Shown here: positions 21,562 through 32,161 of the stretch, one piece after another
Layout: the number at the start of each line of letters is the position of its first letter
Numbering within the stretch: the stretch's first letter is position 1
Origin: Tetramitus jugosus
Lineage: Eukaryota > Protista > Heterolobosea
Assembly (NCBI GenBank): GCA_937625935.1
Contig: OW569390.1
Span: 248,001-312,000 of the forward strand
DNA: 64,000 nucleotides
Reading direction: 5' to 3'
Notes under the pieces: model-generated
Told to the model about the DNA's origin: nothing
The model's database searches: none
What the model saw: the letters and a program-made list of their open reading frames with translations, nothing else
Made by a program: the position numbers and the translations under genes

Positions 21562-22857
21562 ATGCTTTTGGCTCGTCGCTGCTTGTTCTTCTCCCCCACA
21601 ACAACCACAACGACACGCACAAGAGCAACAACAACCCATTTGACCCTATTCAACTTTCAACATCGATTTCGGACAGGAAAAAGAAAAAAAATGACCGATT
21701 GGGAGAATTTGAGCGACGATTTACTACAGGTTTACTCTGACAAACCAAAACTATCGGGATATGATCTCTATCGTTCACTAGGATCACCCAAATACCTTGT
21801 TGCACCCATGGTGGATCAATCCGAACTCGCATTTCGCATGCTATGCAAAAACTATGGAGCTCAAATGGCTTATACGCCCATGTTTCACTCAAAAGTCTTT
21901 CTAGAGGATGTTCACTATCGATATGATCATTTTCAAACATGCTCCGATGAAGTTCCTCTGTTGATTCAATTGTGTGGCAATGATCCACAAGTCGTTCTCA
22001 ATTGTGCCAAGTGTTGTTTGAAAATTGCAGCTGTTCAAGGCAACTCTCATGTGATTGCCGGTGTGGATTTGAATCTGGGTTGTCCACAAAGAATTGCAAA
22101 GAAAGGATTCTATGGCTCCTATTTGATGGATAATTTGGCACTCGTCAAGGAAATTGTGTCTACACTGCACAGAGAATTACCTGTTCCGGTGACTGTCAAA
22201 ATTCGCATCTTTCCCAAAATTGAAGATACTTTTGCCTATGTGGACATGCTAGTTGAAGCAGGAGCTCAAATGATTGTCGTTCATGGAAGATTGAGAGATC
22301 AGCGTGGTCACAATCAAGGATTGGCCGATTGGGATGTGATTAAGCAAGTGAGAGAGAGACATCCAAACATTCCCATCTTTGCAAACGGTAATGTCCGATA
22401 TTATCAAGATGTGATTGATTGTATGGAGCATACGGGAGTGGATGGAGTGATGAGTGCGTGTGGTCTGTTGGACAATCCAGCACTGTTTGCCAACATGGAC
22501 AACAAGGATCGATTGGATTTGGCATACGAGTATTTGCAATCCGCATGCAAGTATCCTGTGCCTAGCATTGCTCATGCCAAGGCTCACTTGTTCCACTTTT
22601 TGCATCACTATGTCTCATTGCCGTACAATGCAGATCTGAGACGAACACTCTCGGGTAACAAGTGCAGAACAGCTGAAGAATATATTGGACTGGTGGACGA
22701 GATTGCATCGCGGTATCAAAAGTATGGAGACGGACCTGGACCAGAGCCTGCACTCTTGAGTGAAGAGGAGACAACAACGAAAACGGAAGAGGTAGATTAT
22801 GAAGATTTAGAAGGTGTAAATTTGTTTGAAAGCACTGAAGATCAAGCATGCTACTGA
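21562..22857 (+). CDS. DUS1: tRNA-dihydrouridine synthase Dus1-like (alternative start at 21691)
   Basis: APMVDQSELAFRML, YTPMFH, DLNLGCPQRIAKKGFYGSYLMD, VHGR, ANGN and DGVMSA motifs. Confidence 0.95.
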   Translation: MLLARRCLFFSPTTTTTTRTRATTTHLTLFNFQHRFRTGKRKKMTDWENLSDDLLQVYSDKPKLSGYDLYRSLGSPKYLVAPMVDQSELAFRMLCKNYGAQMAYTPMFHSKVFLEDVHYRYDHFQTCSDEVPLLIQLCGNDPQVVLNCAKCCLKIAAVQGNSHVIAGVDLNLGCPQRIAKKGFYGSYLMDNLALVKEIVSTLHRELPVPVTVKIRIFPKIEDTFAYVDMLVEAGAQMIVVHGRLRDQRGHNQGLADWDVIKQVRERHPNIPIFANGNVRYYQDVIDCMEHTGVDGVMSACGLLDNPALFANMDNKDRLDLAYEYLQSACKYPVPSIAHAKAHLFHFLHHYVSLPYNADLRRTLSGNKCRTAEEYIGLVDEIASRYQKYGDGPGPEPALLSEEETTTKTEEVDYEDLEGVNLFESTEDQACY

Positions 22858-22978
22858 GACAATAAAACAAACACAAATAGATCATTGAAAATTTCAATTA
22901 CACACGCTATGAAAAGAAACTTGCAATTGTTATTGTTGTTGTTGTTCTTGTTTTTCACACTCAAGACTACGCGATGGA

Positions 22979-23542
22979 TTACCACTGATCAATTCCATGA
23001 ACATTCTTTGGATAATCCTTCAATGGACCTTCCATAAATTGTTGTCTTCTCAACAATTGTTCATGCTTCTTGATGTGATCCGGGTCAATGTTACCATAGG
23101 TCCAATTGCTCACTGCTGCCTTATCCTTTTTCGACGTCAACTGAACATCTTGTTCCTTCTGTTCTTGAACTTGCTTATTTACATCGATAATCTCTCCGCT
23201 CTCTCCTTTGAAGAACAAGCTTCTCGTTCCATGATTCGAATAATCAATCGGAGTTGCGTTCTTGTCGTGAATGTGTCGAATAGCAGCGAGATTGGTCATT
23301 TTGGGTGTTGTCATCTCAATAAACGTCAATCGACTCTTCATCTTTTCCATGAATTCATTCTTGTCATTGTTGTTTTCGTTGCTGTTTTCATTCAATTGAG
23401 GCCAGATTTGATTGAAAGCAGTTCGAATGTCAATCAATGTCTTTTGTTGTTTATCATATTGTGAGATGAGTTGTGTGCGTCTGTAAAGTTTGCGATACAG
23501 ACCCCAAGCGAATTGTTTTGTGATTGTGGTGGTTGTTGTCAT
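22979..23542 (-). CDS. LYR-motif mitochondrial protein with C-terminal extension
   Basis: LYRKLYRR...IRTAF LYR signature. Confidence 0.7.
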   Translation of the reverse strand: MTTTTTITKQFAWGLYRKLYRRTQLISQYDKQQKTLIDIRTAFNQIWPQLNENSNENNNDKNEFMEKMKSRLTFIEMTTPKMTNLAAIRHIHDKNATPIDYSNHGTRSLFFKGESGEIIDVNKQVQEQKEQDVQLTSKKDKAAVSNWTYGNIDPDHIKKHEQLLRRQQFMEGPLKDYPKNVHGIDQW

Positions 23543-23785
23543 GACGATGATAGGCGTGTGAACTCAAAATGCTTCTTTGTTTGATTTTGCTTCAATCTTG
23601 TGCTTCCATTTTGCACGCGGAAGACGGAGTCACAATTCGATCAAAAATAGTCAATTATCCCGTGGTTACCACAGAAACAGACCTGCAAAAAAAACAACCA
23701 TAGCGCTACTAGTAGTATCCACATTGTCCCACTCCAGTAGTATAGTTCAATTTTCTTCCATCTCACAATACACACGAAAAACAAC

Positions 23786-25098
23786 ATGGGCACTTCAAAC
23801 AGTAAACTCATCAAAAATCAATCTGCTGCTCAAGTCAGAGAATATCGTCAATTGAATCAATCTAGCAAACAAGGATGTTTGTCTGCTTCCACTGGCAATC
23901 ACGAACCCATTATCGTTTTCAATGAAGATGACACCATTATTGATGCAAACAATAGGAATGGTGGTGGTGGCGATGGTTTCATTATTGTTGACTTGTTTGA
24001 TAGAGATGGTCCCGAGGATGATATTGATGATGAAGAGTCATCGTCATCGTCATCTTCATCCAATAATGATGGTAATAATGAATGTGATCACTTATCAGTC
24101 ACATCATCCATTGCTCTACAACAACAAAAACAACAACAACAAAAACAACAGTGTGCAATCACTGAAATCACATTGCATCATCCAACATCCATGATTTCTC
24201 AATCTACAATCTATGTTGTAGAAGGAGAACAAGGAGAAGAACGTGATGTTGATACTGAGAATGATGGTAATGATGAGGAGGATCCGTTAGATTGTGATGA
24301 TATGAGAGATTTTACAAGTGTAATGAGTATTGATGATAGTGCACATGAGATATTGACGATTCTATCGTAGGAGGAACAACAAATATGCCAGGGGGAGATG
24401 GAAGATGATTTTTTGAAGCAAGAACAATGGACATTCGGGGAACTCACCAAACAAGAACCTGCATCAAACAAAAGACGAGCAATTTTTTATAATCTGATCA
24501 TAAGTGTTGTTTCTGCACCAAAGACTTGGATATCATCTCATCATCGCAATGGATATCTGTCTAGGGAGCTAAATTGGAGAAGATCTGTTGCAAGGGTGGT
24601 TCATTCTTATGATCTGGATTCGAGTCTGGCCTCGGTGAATGGCAAGGTACAAGCTCAGGGATCGATACCTATGACAATGTCCAGGTCACCAACAACAATT
24701 GCAAGAATAAAGGCAAGCAGGCGACACGTGGAGAAAGCACAGATTCAAATTCGCATAAACGTGTCCAAAAATTAACGCTATCGCCTTGTCGAACGCATTT
24801 GGAAAGAATGGAATTCACAAGTGGAAGCTTGAAAAACATCCGCTGGCATGCACACACAATCAAACAAGCCAAGACTTGATCCAACAACATCGTTGAGCTC
24901 TGCAAAGAAACAGACACTATTCCTCATCCATCCACTGTCAGCACATGTGTGATTTCGGAGGTCACTTCCAGAAAACGAAATTTTTGCCCGCTGCCCAAGG
25001 AGCATCCGTTACCAAACGTGGACGAAGAGCTAAATTTAAGTCGGAGAAAGTCAATCAATCTGAAAAAGCTTCCAATTCTTAGGCCAAAATCGGAATGA
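23786..25098 (+). pseudogene. Disrupted gene for an N-myristoylated (MGTSNS) low-complexity protein; may instead be a 194-aa protein followed by decayed sequence
   Basis: ORFs 23786-24370 and 24371-24775 are in the same frame, separated by one TAG. Further coding-like sequence in a shifted frame has TGA at 24877 and 25096. Confidence 0.5.
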
Positions 25099-25296
25099 CT
25101 TCGTCACGCTGAATTGTACGCAAGGCTAACCACAACGTTGTTGGACGTTCCTCTAAATAACGACAACACCAAACACGCCACATAGGATAAACAACGACTG
25201 CATCGTTTTTGTGAAAGTTGCATTCCTCCACATAGAAGAAAACCAAACCTGCTGCAAGGATAACACACATCACTAGCTAGTCCAACCATCATTACC

Positions 25297-27129
25297 ATGA
25301 GATCAATATTAGCCAACAATCAAGCAATCAAACGATCATTTTCCACGAGCGCCATCCACAGAGAAACATTCTTTGGTGCTATTCATGTACCTGAAGTCAA
25401 GAATGAACCAGTCGTAAGTTATCACCGTCGTGGTTTTCAATTCAAGTTCTTGTGTTTTTCGAAAAGTTGAGAAACTCACACTCACACCGCACACACACAC
25501 ACAACATGATAGAAACAATATGCCAAGGGATCAGAAGAGAGAGCTTCACTTCTAAAGGCCTGTGATAACTTGATCAGCAGAACAAAAGAATCCACACCGA
25601 TTCAAATTCCATGTATCATCAACGGAAAGGAGATTTTCACTGATACGACTGTCAAGAGAGAATTCCCAGCTGATCGTCACAATACACTGTTTGAGCTCCA
25701 TAGAGCTAATGGTGAGTTGATTCAGGAGGCCATTGATGGTGCATTGGCCGCAAAGAAGGAATGGGAGAGCTTACCATTCGAACACAGAATCTCAGTCTTC
25801 TTGAGAGCTGCTGAATTGTTGTCCTCTTCAAAGTATCGTGATATTTTGAACAGTACGACAATGATGGGTCAGGGAAAAACAATGTTGCAAGCAGAGATTG
25901 ACTCTGCATGCGAAACGATTGATTTTTGGAGATTTAATGCCTATTATACGGCAAAGTTGGCACAGACTCAAGCTGATCACCATGCAACAGGTGTGTGGAA
26001 TCGATTGGAATATAGAGCATTGGAGGGATTCGTCGCCTGTATCTCTCCATTCAACTTTACTGCTATTGCATCGAATTTGTGCTCTGCACCAGCTCAGATG
26101 GGAAATGTTTGCGTGTGGAAGCCAAGTGAGGCATCTGCTCTATCCAATTACTACCTTTATAAGATTTTGCAAGAGGCTGGTCTACCAGATGGTGTCATTC
26201 AATTCGTTCCTTCTGCTGGACCAGAGTTTGGTGACGTTACACTGAATTCCAATGAATTTGCAGGATTGCACTTTACTGGTAGCACTCCAACCTTTAACTT
26301 GCTGTGGGGCAAGATTGGAAACAATTTGCACAATTATAAGTCACTGCCCAGAATTGTGGGTGAAACTGGTGGAAAGAACTTCCATTATGTTCATCCTTCT
26401 GCCGATCCAGAAAACGTCGTGTTCAACACGATTCGTGGCGCATTTGAATATCAAGGTCAAAAGTGCTCAGCCACGTCGAGGGCGTACTTCCCAGCCAGCA
26501 TGTGGAACAATGGTCTCAAGGAAATGCTGCTCGAAGAGGTTAAGAAGATTAAGGTCGGACAACCAAACGATCCAACTTCATTCATGAGTGCTGTCATTGA
26601 TGAGAGATCATTCGACAACATTACCGGTTTTATTGAGAGAGCAAGAAATGACAAGAGCACGACAATTCTGCACGGTGGATCCTACTCCAAGGACAAGGGA
26701 TACTTTATTGATCCAACAATCATTTTGACCACAGATCCAAAGTCTGAGACCATGGTCAAGGAAATCTTTGGTCCTGTTCTGACCATTTATGTGTATGACG
26801 ACAAGGCACCGAACGCCATGGAGGATGTGCTCCATTTGGTTGATGAAACATCGCCTTATGCACTCACTGGTTCCATTTTTGCCAAGGACAGAGTTGCCAT
26901 CTCGAAGGCTGCTTCCATGTTGCGTAACACTGCAGGTAACTTTTATATCAATGACAAGAGCACTGGTGCCGTTGTAGGACAACAGCCATTTGGAGGCTCT
27001 CGTGCTTCTGGCACAAATGACAAGGGAGGTGCAGAATTTATGTTGCACAGATGGGTATCGATTCGATCCATCAAGGAGAACTTTGGACAATTGAGTGGAT
27101 TGGGTTACCCTTCAGTCGATCAAGAATAA
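25297..27129 (+). CDS. ALDH4A1: Mitochondrial delta-1-pyrroline-5-carboxylate dehydrogenase (exons 25297-25413, 25513-27129)
   Basis: Presequence (KRSFST), NEPV, SPFNFTAI, FTGST, GETGGKN, EYQGQKCSA, EIFGPV and QQPFGGSRASGTNDK; 99-nt intron 25414-25512. Confidence 0.97.
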
Positions 27130-27304
27130 ATGATTGAATCTTTGTTCTAACCATTTGTCCCAGCAACTATGCTTTGTATTCATCCCTTCCTGAACAATTT
27201 GCAAAAAATAGAATCAACCTGTTTCCTTTCGAACGCACAAGAACACACAAGTCAACAAAAAAAAACAATCGCCATCTCCACCAACACAACCATTAACAAC
27301 AATC

Positions 27305-28336
27305 ATGTCCAACGATTCTCACCACCACAACAACAACAACAACAACAACACTGACAATAATAATAGCAGAGAACAACGGTTCACCTACAAACTTCATCCA
27401 ACAACCATTGTTCTCCGATCACAGCAACTCAATCTACTCGAGAGTCAACAACAAGCCGAGTCCATGCTTCATGACGGTGAAGAAGAAGCAAATTATTCCC
27501 ATCACAATCATCAACAACAACAATCCGGTTTGGCGCCAAACACTGGAGAAACCATACAAAAAAAAGACCGACTCTCATTGATCCCACAATACACGATTCC
27601 AGCACAATTATGCATGCCAAAATCCGATTCGACAATGATTGGAAATCGTACTGTACTATTATCGAGTGATCATCCTACGTTACTACCCCACACGAGCACA
27701 CTCTCCCAACACACATCCCACATGGCTCACTTGTTTCATCATTCTAATAATAGCAGCAGCGGAGAAAATAATGACGCCGATATCCAACAAGAAATTGAAC
27801 AGCATATTCATCAGCAGCAACAACAGCAACAGAATGCATTTACGGGTCCATTTCTGTTGTATAGAAACGCTGATTGGCAAAGATTGAAACGAGTGAAACA
27901 ATTATATTTTTCATTGGTGTTGATTGACTTGTTGTTGCTCATGTACTTGTACATTGGAGTGCCATGGATTCGTGCACTGTCAAACTTTACGATTGAAATG
28001 CCGATTTTTGGTATCATTATCAACAATGATAATGGCAATGGATTGAAAATGGGGGCAAAGTTGGGAAATTTGGTTGCATTTCTCATGTGTGTTGCCATTC
28101 ACTTGATTGGTGGTTGGGCATTCTGGAAGAGACGAGTGCGATTGTTGACCTATTTCATATCGTTGGGACTGAGTTGGATACTGATTATGAGTGTGGTGAT
28201 TGCAGTGAGCTCGTTTATGGGATCAGCATCGTTGATTGCCATTGCGAGATTGGCTTGGTTTGCAATGATTGTGTACATGGCAATCAAGGCACGCAATCAA
28301 ATGCAAGTCAATTGGTACATGACCAATCAATTCTAG
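27305..28336 (+). CDS. Hypothetical membrane protein: N/Q/H-rich N-terminus and about 4 C-terminal TM helices
   Basis: 343-aa ORF with four hydrophobic segments. Confidence 0.75.
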   Translation: MSNDSHHHNNNNNNNTDNNNSREQRFTYKLHPTTIVLRSQQLNLLESQQQAESMLHDGEEEANYSHHNHQQQQSGLAPNTGETIQKKDRLSLIPQYTIPAQLCMPKSDSTMIGNRTVLLSSDHPTLLPHTSTLSQHTSHMAHLFHHSNNSSSGENNDADIQQEIEQHIHQQQQQQQNAFTGPFLLYRNADWQRLKRVKQLYFSLVLIDLLLLMYLYIGVPWIRALSNFTIEMPIFGIIINNDNGNGLKMGAKLGNLVAFLMCVAIHLIGGWAFWKRRVRLLTYFISLGLSWILIMSVVIAVSSFMGSASLIAIARLAWFAMIVYMAIKARNQMQVNWYMTNQF

Positions 28337-28454
28337 AATTGAATTAAATCACACGCACTTTACATCTATTAAACAACAACAAGATAGATTGATTGTTATT
28401 ATTTGTTGTTGTTGATCCACCACATGGTTGTACAGAGCAAGTGTGTGTGTACCA

Positions 28455-30365
28455 TCAAAGAAAAACAAGTTCATCCAGAGAGTTGGTTGGTGTAAGAAGG
28501 TACGGATCATACACCAACCAATTTCGTTCGAAATCGTTCGATATTCCACCTCCTGGCCCCCTTTCAAGAGCATCACTGATGTCCTCACGAGTCTCTGTAA
28601 TAATCCTCGGTCTCAGGGCAAGAATCCGTTCTGACTCGACTCTAGTCCTGAATACTCTTAGATCTGGCCAGACGTTTGTGTCTTTCAAGAGTTCCAATAG
28701 AGTTCTACCAAATACAACAAGTTTCTCAGCAATTTCTTTTTCCTGTTGGTGCACAATCTCATCCATGAATTCGAAAGTTTGCAAATTCGGACATGCTTTG
28801 ACTAAGGCTTTCAGCCAATCATCTGGATTTGGTGGTAGTACACTGGTTATGCATAGGTTCTTAAGATTGGGCCATGAGCATGAGTTCAAGTGGTTTATAG
28901 TGATAGGACACTCACCATGCTCAATTGATAAAGTTTCTAAACTACGAAGTTTTGTTAATTTTTCAACATCTACAAGTGTCCTCTCCTGACAGATATCGAT
29001 CGATATCATATTCTTCATGCTGTCCGCAATCTTATCAATATTCACCATTTCTGAAATGATCTCCGTCAGATTTGGAGCAGTCTTAATAATACTGTCAGTG
29101 AAATTGTCTGGCAGGTCTTCATAGGTCCCGTCAAAGATTAAGCGTTTGAGAGAGCGCAATTCGCCTCCGCCAAAGTGTACATTATGATACTGGTCACAAA
29201 GATCTCCATTCATTGCATCTCTGTGAATCATCAACGTCTGCAGCTTTTGTCCGCATTGCCCAATCTTTGTAAACACTTCACCGCTCACCCCACAGCAGTG
29301 ATATAAGACCAGATCTGTAAGTTCTGGAAGAGCGATCATAAAGTTCAAAATACCCTTGTCTGTAAATTGGTTCTCTAACGGAGTCGCACCATCATCGCCC
29401 TGTACATACAACTTCTTGAGCTTAGGACATTGCTTTGCCAAGTGTTGAAGCAACTGATCATCGGGATCTTGAGTATAAATAAATTCAAAGCTCTCTAGAT
29501 TAGGAGCAAGCTGTAAAAGATCAACTACGAATTGAATGCTGGTATCATAGTCATAACAATTATCAATAGTTAAATTCTTGAGTGAATGGAGGACTGGAAT
29601 ATCGATAGTGTTTGGATGAGCCTCTTCATCATCAGCGGTCGTTAGTTGGCGATAGAAACTAGAATCCTGAATACTAACAGTCAATGATTCCAGTGCATAA
29701 CAACTGGATAGAATTTGATACAACTCCATCCTTGAACACTGATTAAGACCCAAATTTAATCCTTTCAAAGAGGATGCACAAGTAATTGGGATTTTCATCT
29801 TCTTCTTTGGCAGTAATGTTTCATAATCTGCATCTTCATATGACATACTTGTTTTCACATGATCATCGCGCCATTCGATGGAAACGACATCTGCTTGCCT
29901 TTCACTATCGGTAATCTTTGTCGATAGAAATTGAATACAATTGCTGGCCACTGGAATATCTTGAAAATACTGTCCGGATATTCTCAATTGATCAGTTAAT
30001 TGACTCATTTCCAATTTATGTTCCTTCACCAAATTACTTAGCTGAGTTAATTGGTCGTTCAGGCTCACCGTTAACTTGTTTCTTGTTCTCAATGCTTTCG
30101 TAATACTCCATACGGGACCCAATACACGAGGTTGATACTCACGAACAGTGGATTCGATTTGTGAGTACAATCTCTTATTTGCCATCGATAACATCAAGAC
30201 TTCACCAACGAACAAGAATTGGAGAATGGAGTGGATTTCGTCAGAGGATAAGAGACTGAGTACATCTTGGAATGACGTGATGGAATCATGTTTCACTTTC
30301 TTGACCAATTCATCACTCTGCAGTGTTGATGATTCTACGACGGCAGCAATGCTTCTCTTCGACAT
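28455..30365 (-). CDS. F-box plus LRR (RNI-like) protein
   Basis: LSSDEIHSILQFL...LSMANKRLY F-box; repeated CPKLKKL, APNLESF, WPNLKNL and CPNLQTF units; first ATG at 30365. Confidence 0.85.
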   Translation of the reverse strand: MSKRSIAAVVESSTLQSDELVKKVKHDSITSFQDVLSLLSSDEIHSILQFLFVGEVLMLSMANKRLYSQIESTVREYQPRVLGPVWSITKALRTRNKLTVSLNDQLTQLSNLVKEHKLEMSQLTDQLRISGQYFQDIPVASNCIQFLSTKITDSERQADVVSIEWRDDHVKTSMSYEDADYETLLPKKKMKIPITCASSLKGLNLGLNQCSRMELYQILSSCYALESLTVSIQDSSFYRQLTTADDEEAHPNTIDIPVLHSLKNLTIDNCYDYDTSIQFVVDLLQLAPNLESFEFIYTQDPDDQLLQHLAKQCPKLKKLYVQGDDGATPLENQFTDKGILNFMIALPELTDLVLYHCCGVSGEVFTKIGQCGQKLQTLMIHRDAMNGDLCDQYHNVHFGGGELRSLKRLIFDGTYEDLPDNFTDSIIKTAPNLTEIISEMVNIDKIADSMKNMISIDICQERTLVDVEKLTKLRSLETLSIEHGECPITINHLNSCSWPNLKNLCITSVLPPNPDDWLKALVKACPNLQTFEFMDEIVHQQEKEIAEKLVVFGRTLLELLKDTNVWPDLRVFRTRVESERILALRPRIITETREDISDALERGPGGGISNDFERNWLVYDPYLLTPTNSLDELVFL

Positions 30366-30450
30366 CTGAGTTGTTTTGTGTTTGGAACAACAAGCAAGAT
30401 CCACTTTTTTCGGGAATTTTTTACCTCCTGCAACCCGCCTCCGCTATGGT

Positions 30451-31935
30451 TTATTGTTGTTGTTTCTTGCTTTTCATAGCTTTAGAAATGTCCTTGTTCT
30501 TTTGTTTCACTAGTTGTTGGTGGTGGAATTCTTGAGCAGTGAATGCACGTTTGCCTGGTTTCTGAAGCATGGTGCATCCAAGCCATTGACCATCTGCTGC
30601 CTTAATGTACAGCGATTGCAACACAGAGTCATACAGATAAGAGGAACTACTACTACCACCACCATCACTAGAGGTTGTTGTAGTTGCATTTTGTTGTTGT
30701 TGTCGTAGCATTTCTTGAATGACAAGTGGATCCTGAGCTGGTCTTCTGTGCAGTTCAATAAACAAATATTCATCATCACCATCATCACGTTTCTTTTTCT
30801 GTTGATTACATACAGTCGTATCCTCATCATTATTAGTAGTACTCGTAGTACTAGTAGTATTGGTAGTATTAGCAGTTGTGCAAGTGGATAGAGATGATGG
30901 ATTGAATGGAGAAGAAATGACTCCCAGTGCTCTCCACTTGTTATAAATGACATGACATGCATCTCTATTCCAATCAAAATACTTGAGATCAGGTGTAATC
31001 TTTTTCGCATGAATCAACACTTGACTACTCTTATGATTATTATCCTTTTGATTGTCAAGTGAAAACTCGTTTTGATCCAGTGCCAACTGTTGATAGTGAT
31101 GGACTTGATCCACAACAGTGACAATCATGTCTGATCCCATGACACCTAATCGATGATGCAACGAATCATAGCACTCATCTGCACCGACACTTGTCTTGTC
31201 TTGTTTCCATATTTGACCCACATCGAACGCCTCTGGATTCAAATCAATAATAGAAACACCAGTCATTGTATCACCATTCAATAGAGTGTGATGGATGGGA
31301 GCTGGTCCTCTGTACTGTGGTAACAGTGATGGATGAACGTTGAGTGTTGCAATGGAGAATTGATTGAGAATGGATTTGGGTATAAAGTAGCGAAAACTAA
31401 CTGCGACTCCAATGTCAAACTGTGGTGGTAGTGGTGATGGTGATGATGGTGGTGATGCTGGTTGTTGTTGTTGTTCATGATTTTTTGTATTGTTGGTATT
31501 GTTTGTATTGTTTGTATCTGTTTGCATGTCATGAGAATTTTGTGCATGTTGATATTGTTGTTGTTGAAAGAGAGATTGTAAACGGTGCAAGTCATTGAGT
31601 TTCAATTTGGTGAGAGATTCTGGATGAACAAATGGAATATTGTGTTGTTGACAATAGTGCTTCACAGGGGCACTCTTTGTTCTACTATTGTTTGTGAGTT
31701 CTTCAGGTACCATGACACACAATGAGTGTTCTCCATGACTGTTCACTGTGTATTCGTGCAGTTTAGTGAGACTGTACAATGAGAATTGATCACTACCAAA
31801 AAATACAATATTGTAGGATCGATGTTGATTGACAAGTGTGGATGGAGAAGAACACCAACTATGATGACGATGATGATGGTGGTGGTGGTGGTGGTGGAGA
31901 TGAGAGTTGTGTCGTCGTAGCAGTGACTTTAACAT
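30451..31935 (-). CDS. fmt: Methionyl-tRNA formyltransferase, mitochondrial
   Basis: IVFFGSDQFS, NVHPSLLPQYRGPAPIHHTLLNGD and FDVGQI motifs; Arg-rich presequence MLKSLLRRH. Confidence 0.93.
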   Translation of the reverse strand: MLKSLLRRHNSHLHHHHHHHHHRHHSWCSSPSTLVNQHRSYNIVFFGSDQFSLYSLTKLHEYTVNSHGEHSLCVMVPEELTNNSRTKSAPVKHYCQQHNIPFVHPESLTKLKLNDLHRLQSLFQQQQYQHAQNSHDMQTDTNNTNNTNNTKNHEQQQQPASPPSSPSPLPPQFDIGVAVSFRYFIPKSILNQFSIATLNVHPSLLPQYRGPAPIHHTLLNGDTMTGVSIIDLNPEAFDVGQIWKQDKTSVGADECYDSLHHRLGVMGSDMIVTVVDQVHHYQQLALDQNEFSLDNQKDNNHKSSQVLIHAKKITPDLKYFDWNRDACHVIYNKWRALGVISSPFNPSSLSTCTTANTTNTTSTTSTTNNDEDTTVCNQQKKKRDDGDDEYLFIELHRRPAQDPLVIQEMLRQQQQNATTTTSSDGGGSSSSSYLYDSVLQSLYIKAADGQWLGCTMLQKPGKRAFTAQEFHHQQLVKQKNKDISKAMKSKKQQQ

Positions 31936-32161
31936 TTTGATTTTTTTTTCTTGTGTGGAAATGGTGCTCAATGCGATTGAAGGTGGTTTTTCGGCTAAAA
32001 TTAAATACCAACTGTGCTCATGTTCGAACCATCATGTTTGATGCAAACAATAATAATATCAAAAATAAAAAAGTTTCTTGGCCCAAAAAACAAAATCAAG
32101 CTCTTGTTGTTGAAGGCCTTCCTGTGTAAAATAATAGAAAAAAATTGTACAAATAACAATA

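Noticed and set aside
24368-24370. Reassigned TAG (alternative genetic code)
   Set aside because: TAG terminates clear genes (e.g. 7648-7650, 9290-9292) and no conserved gene has internal stops.
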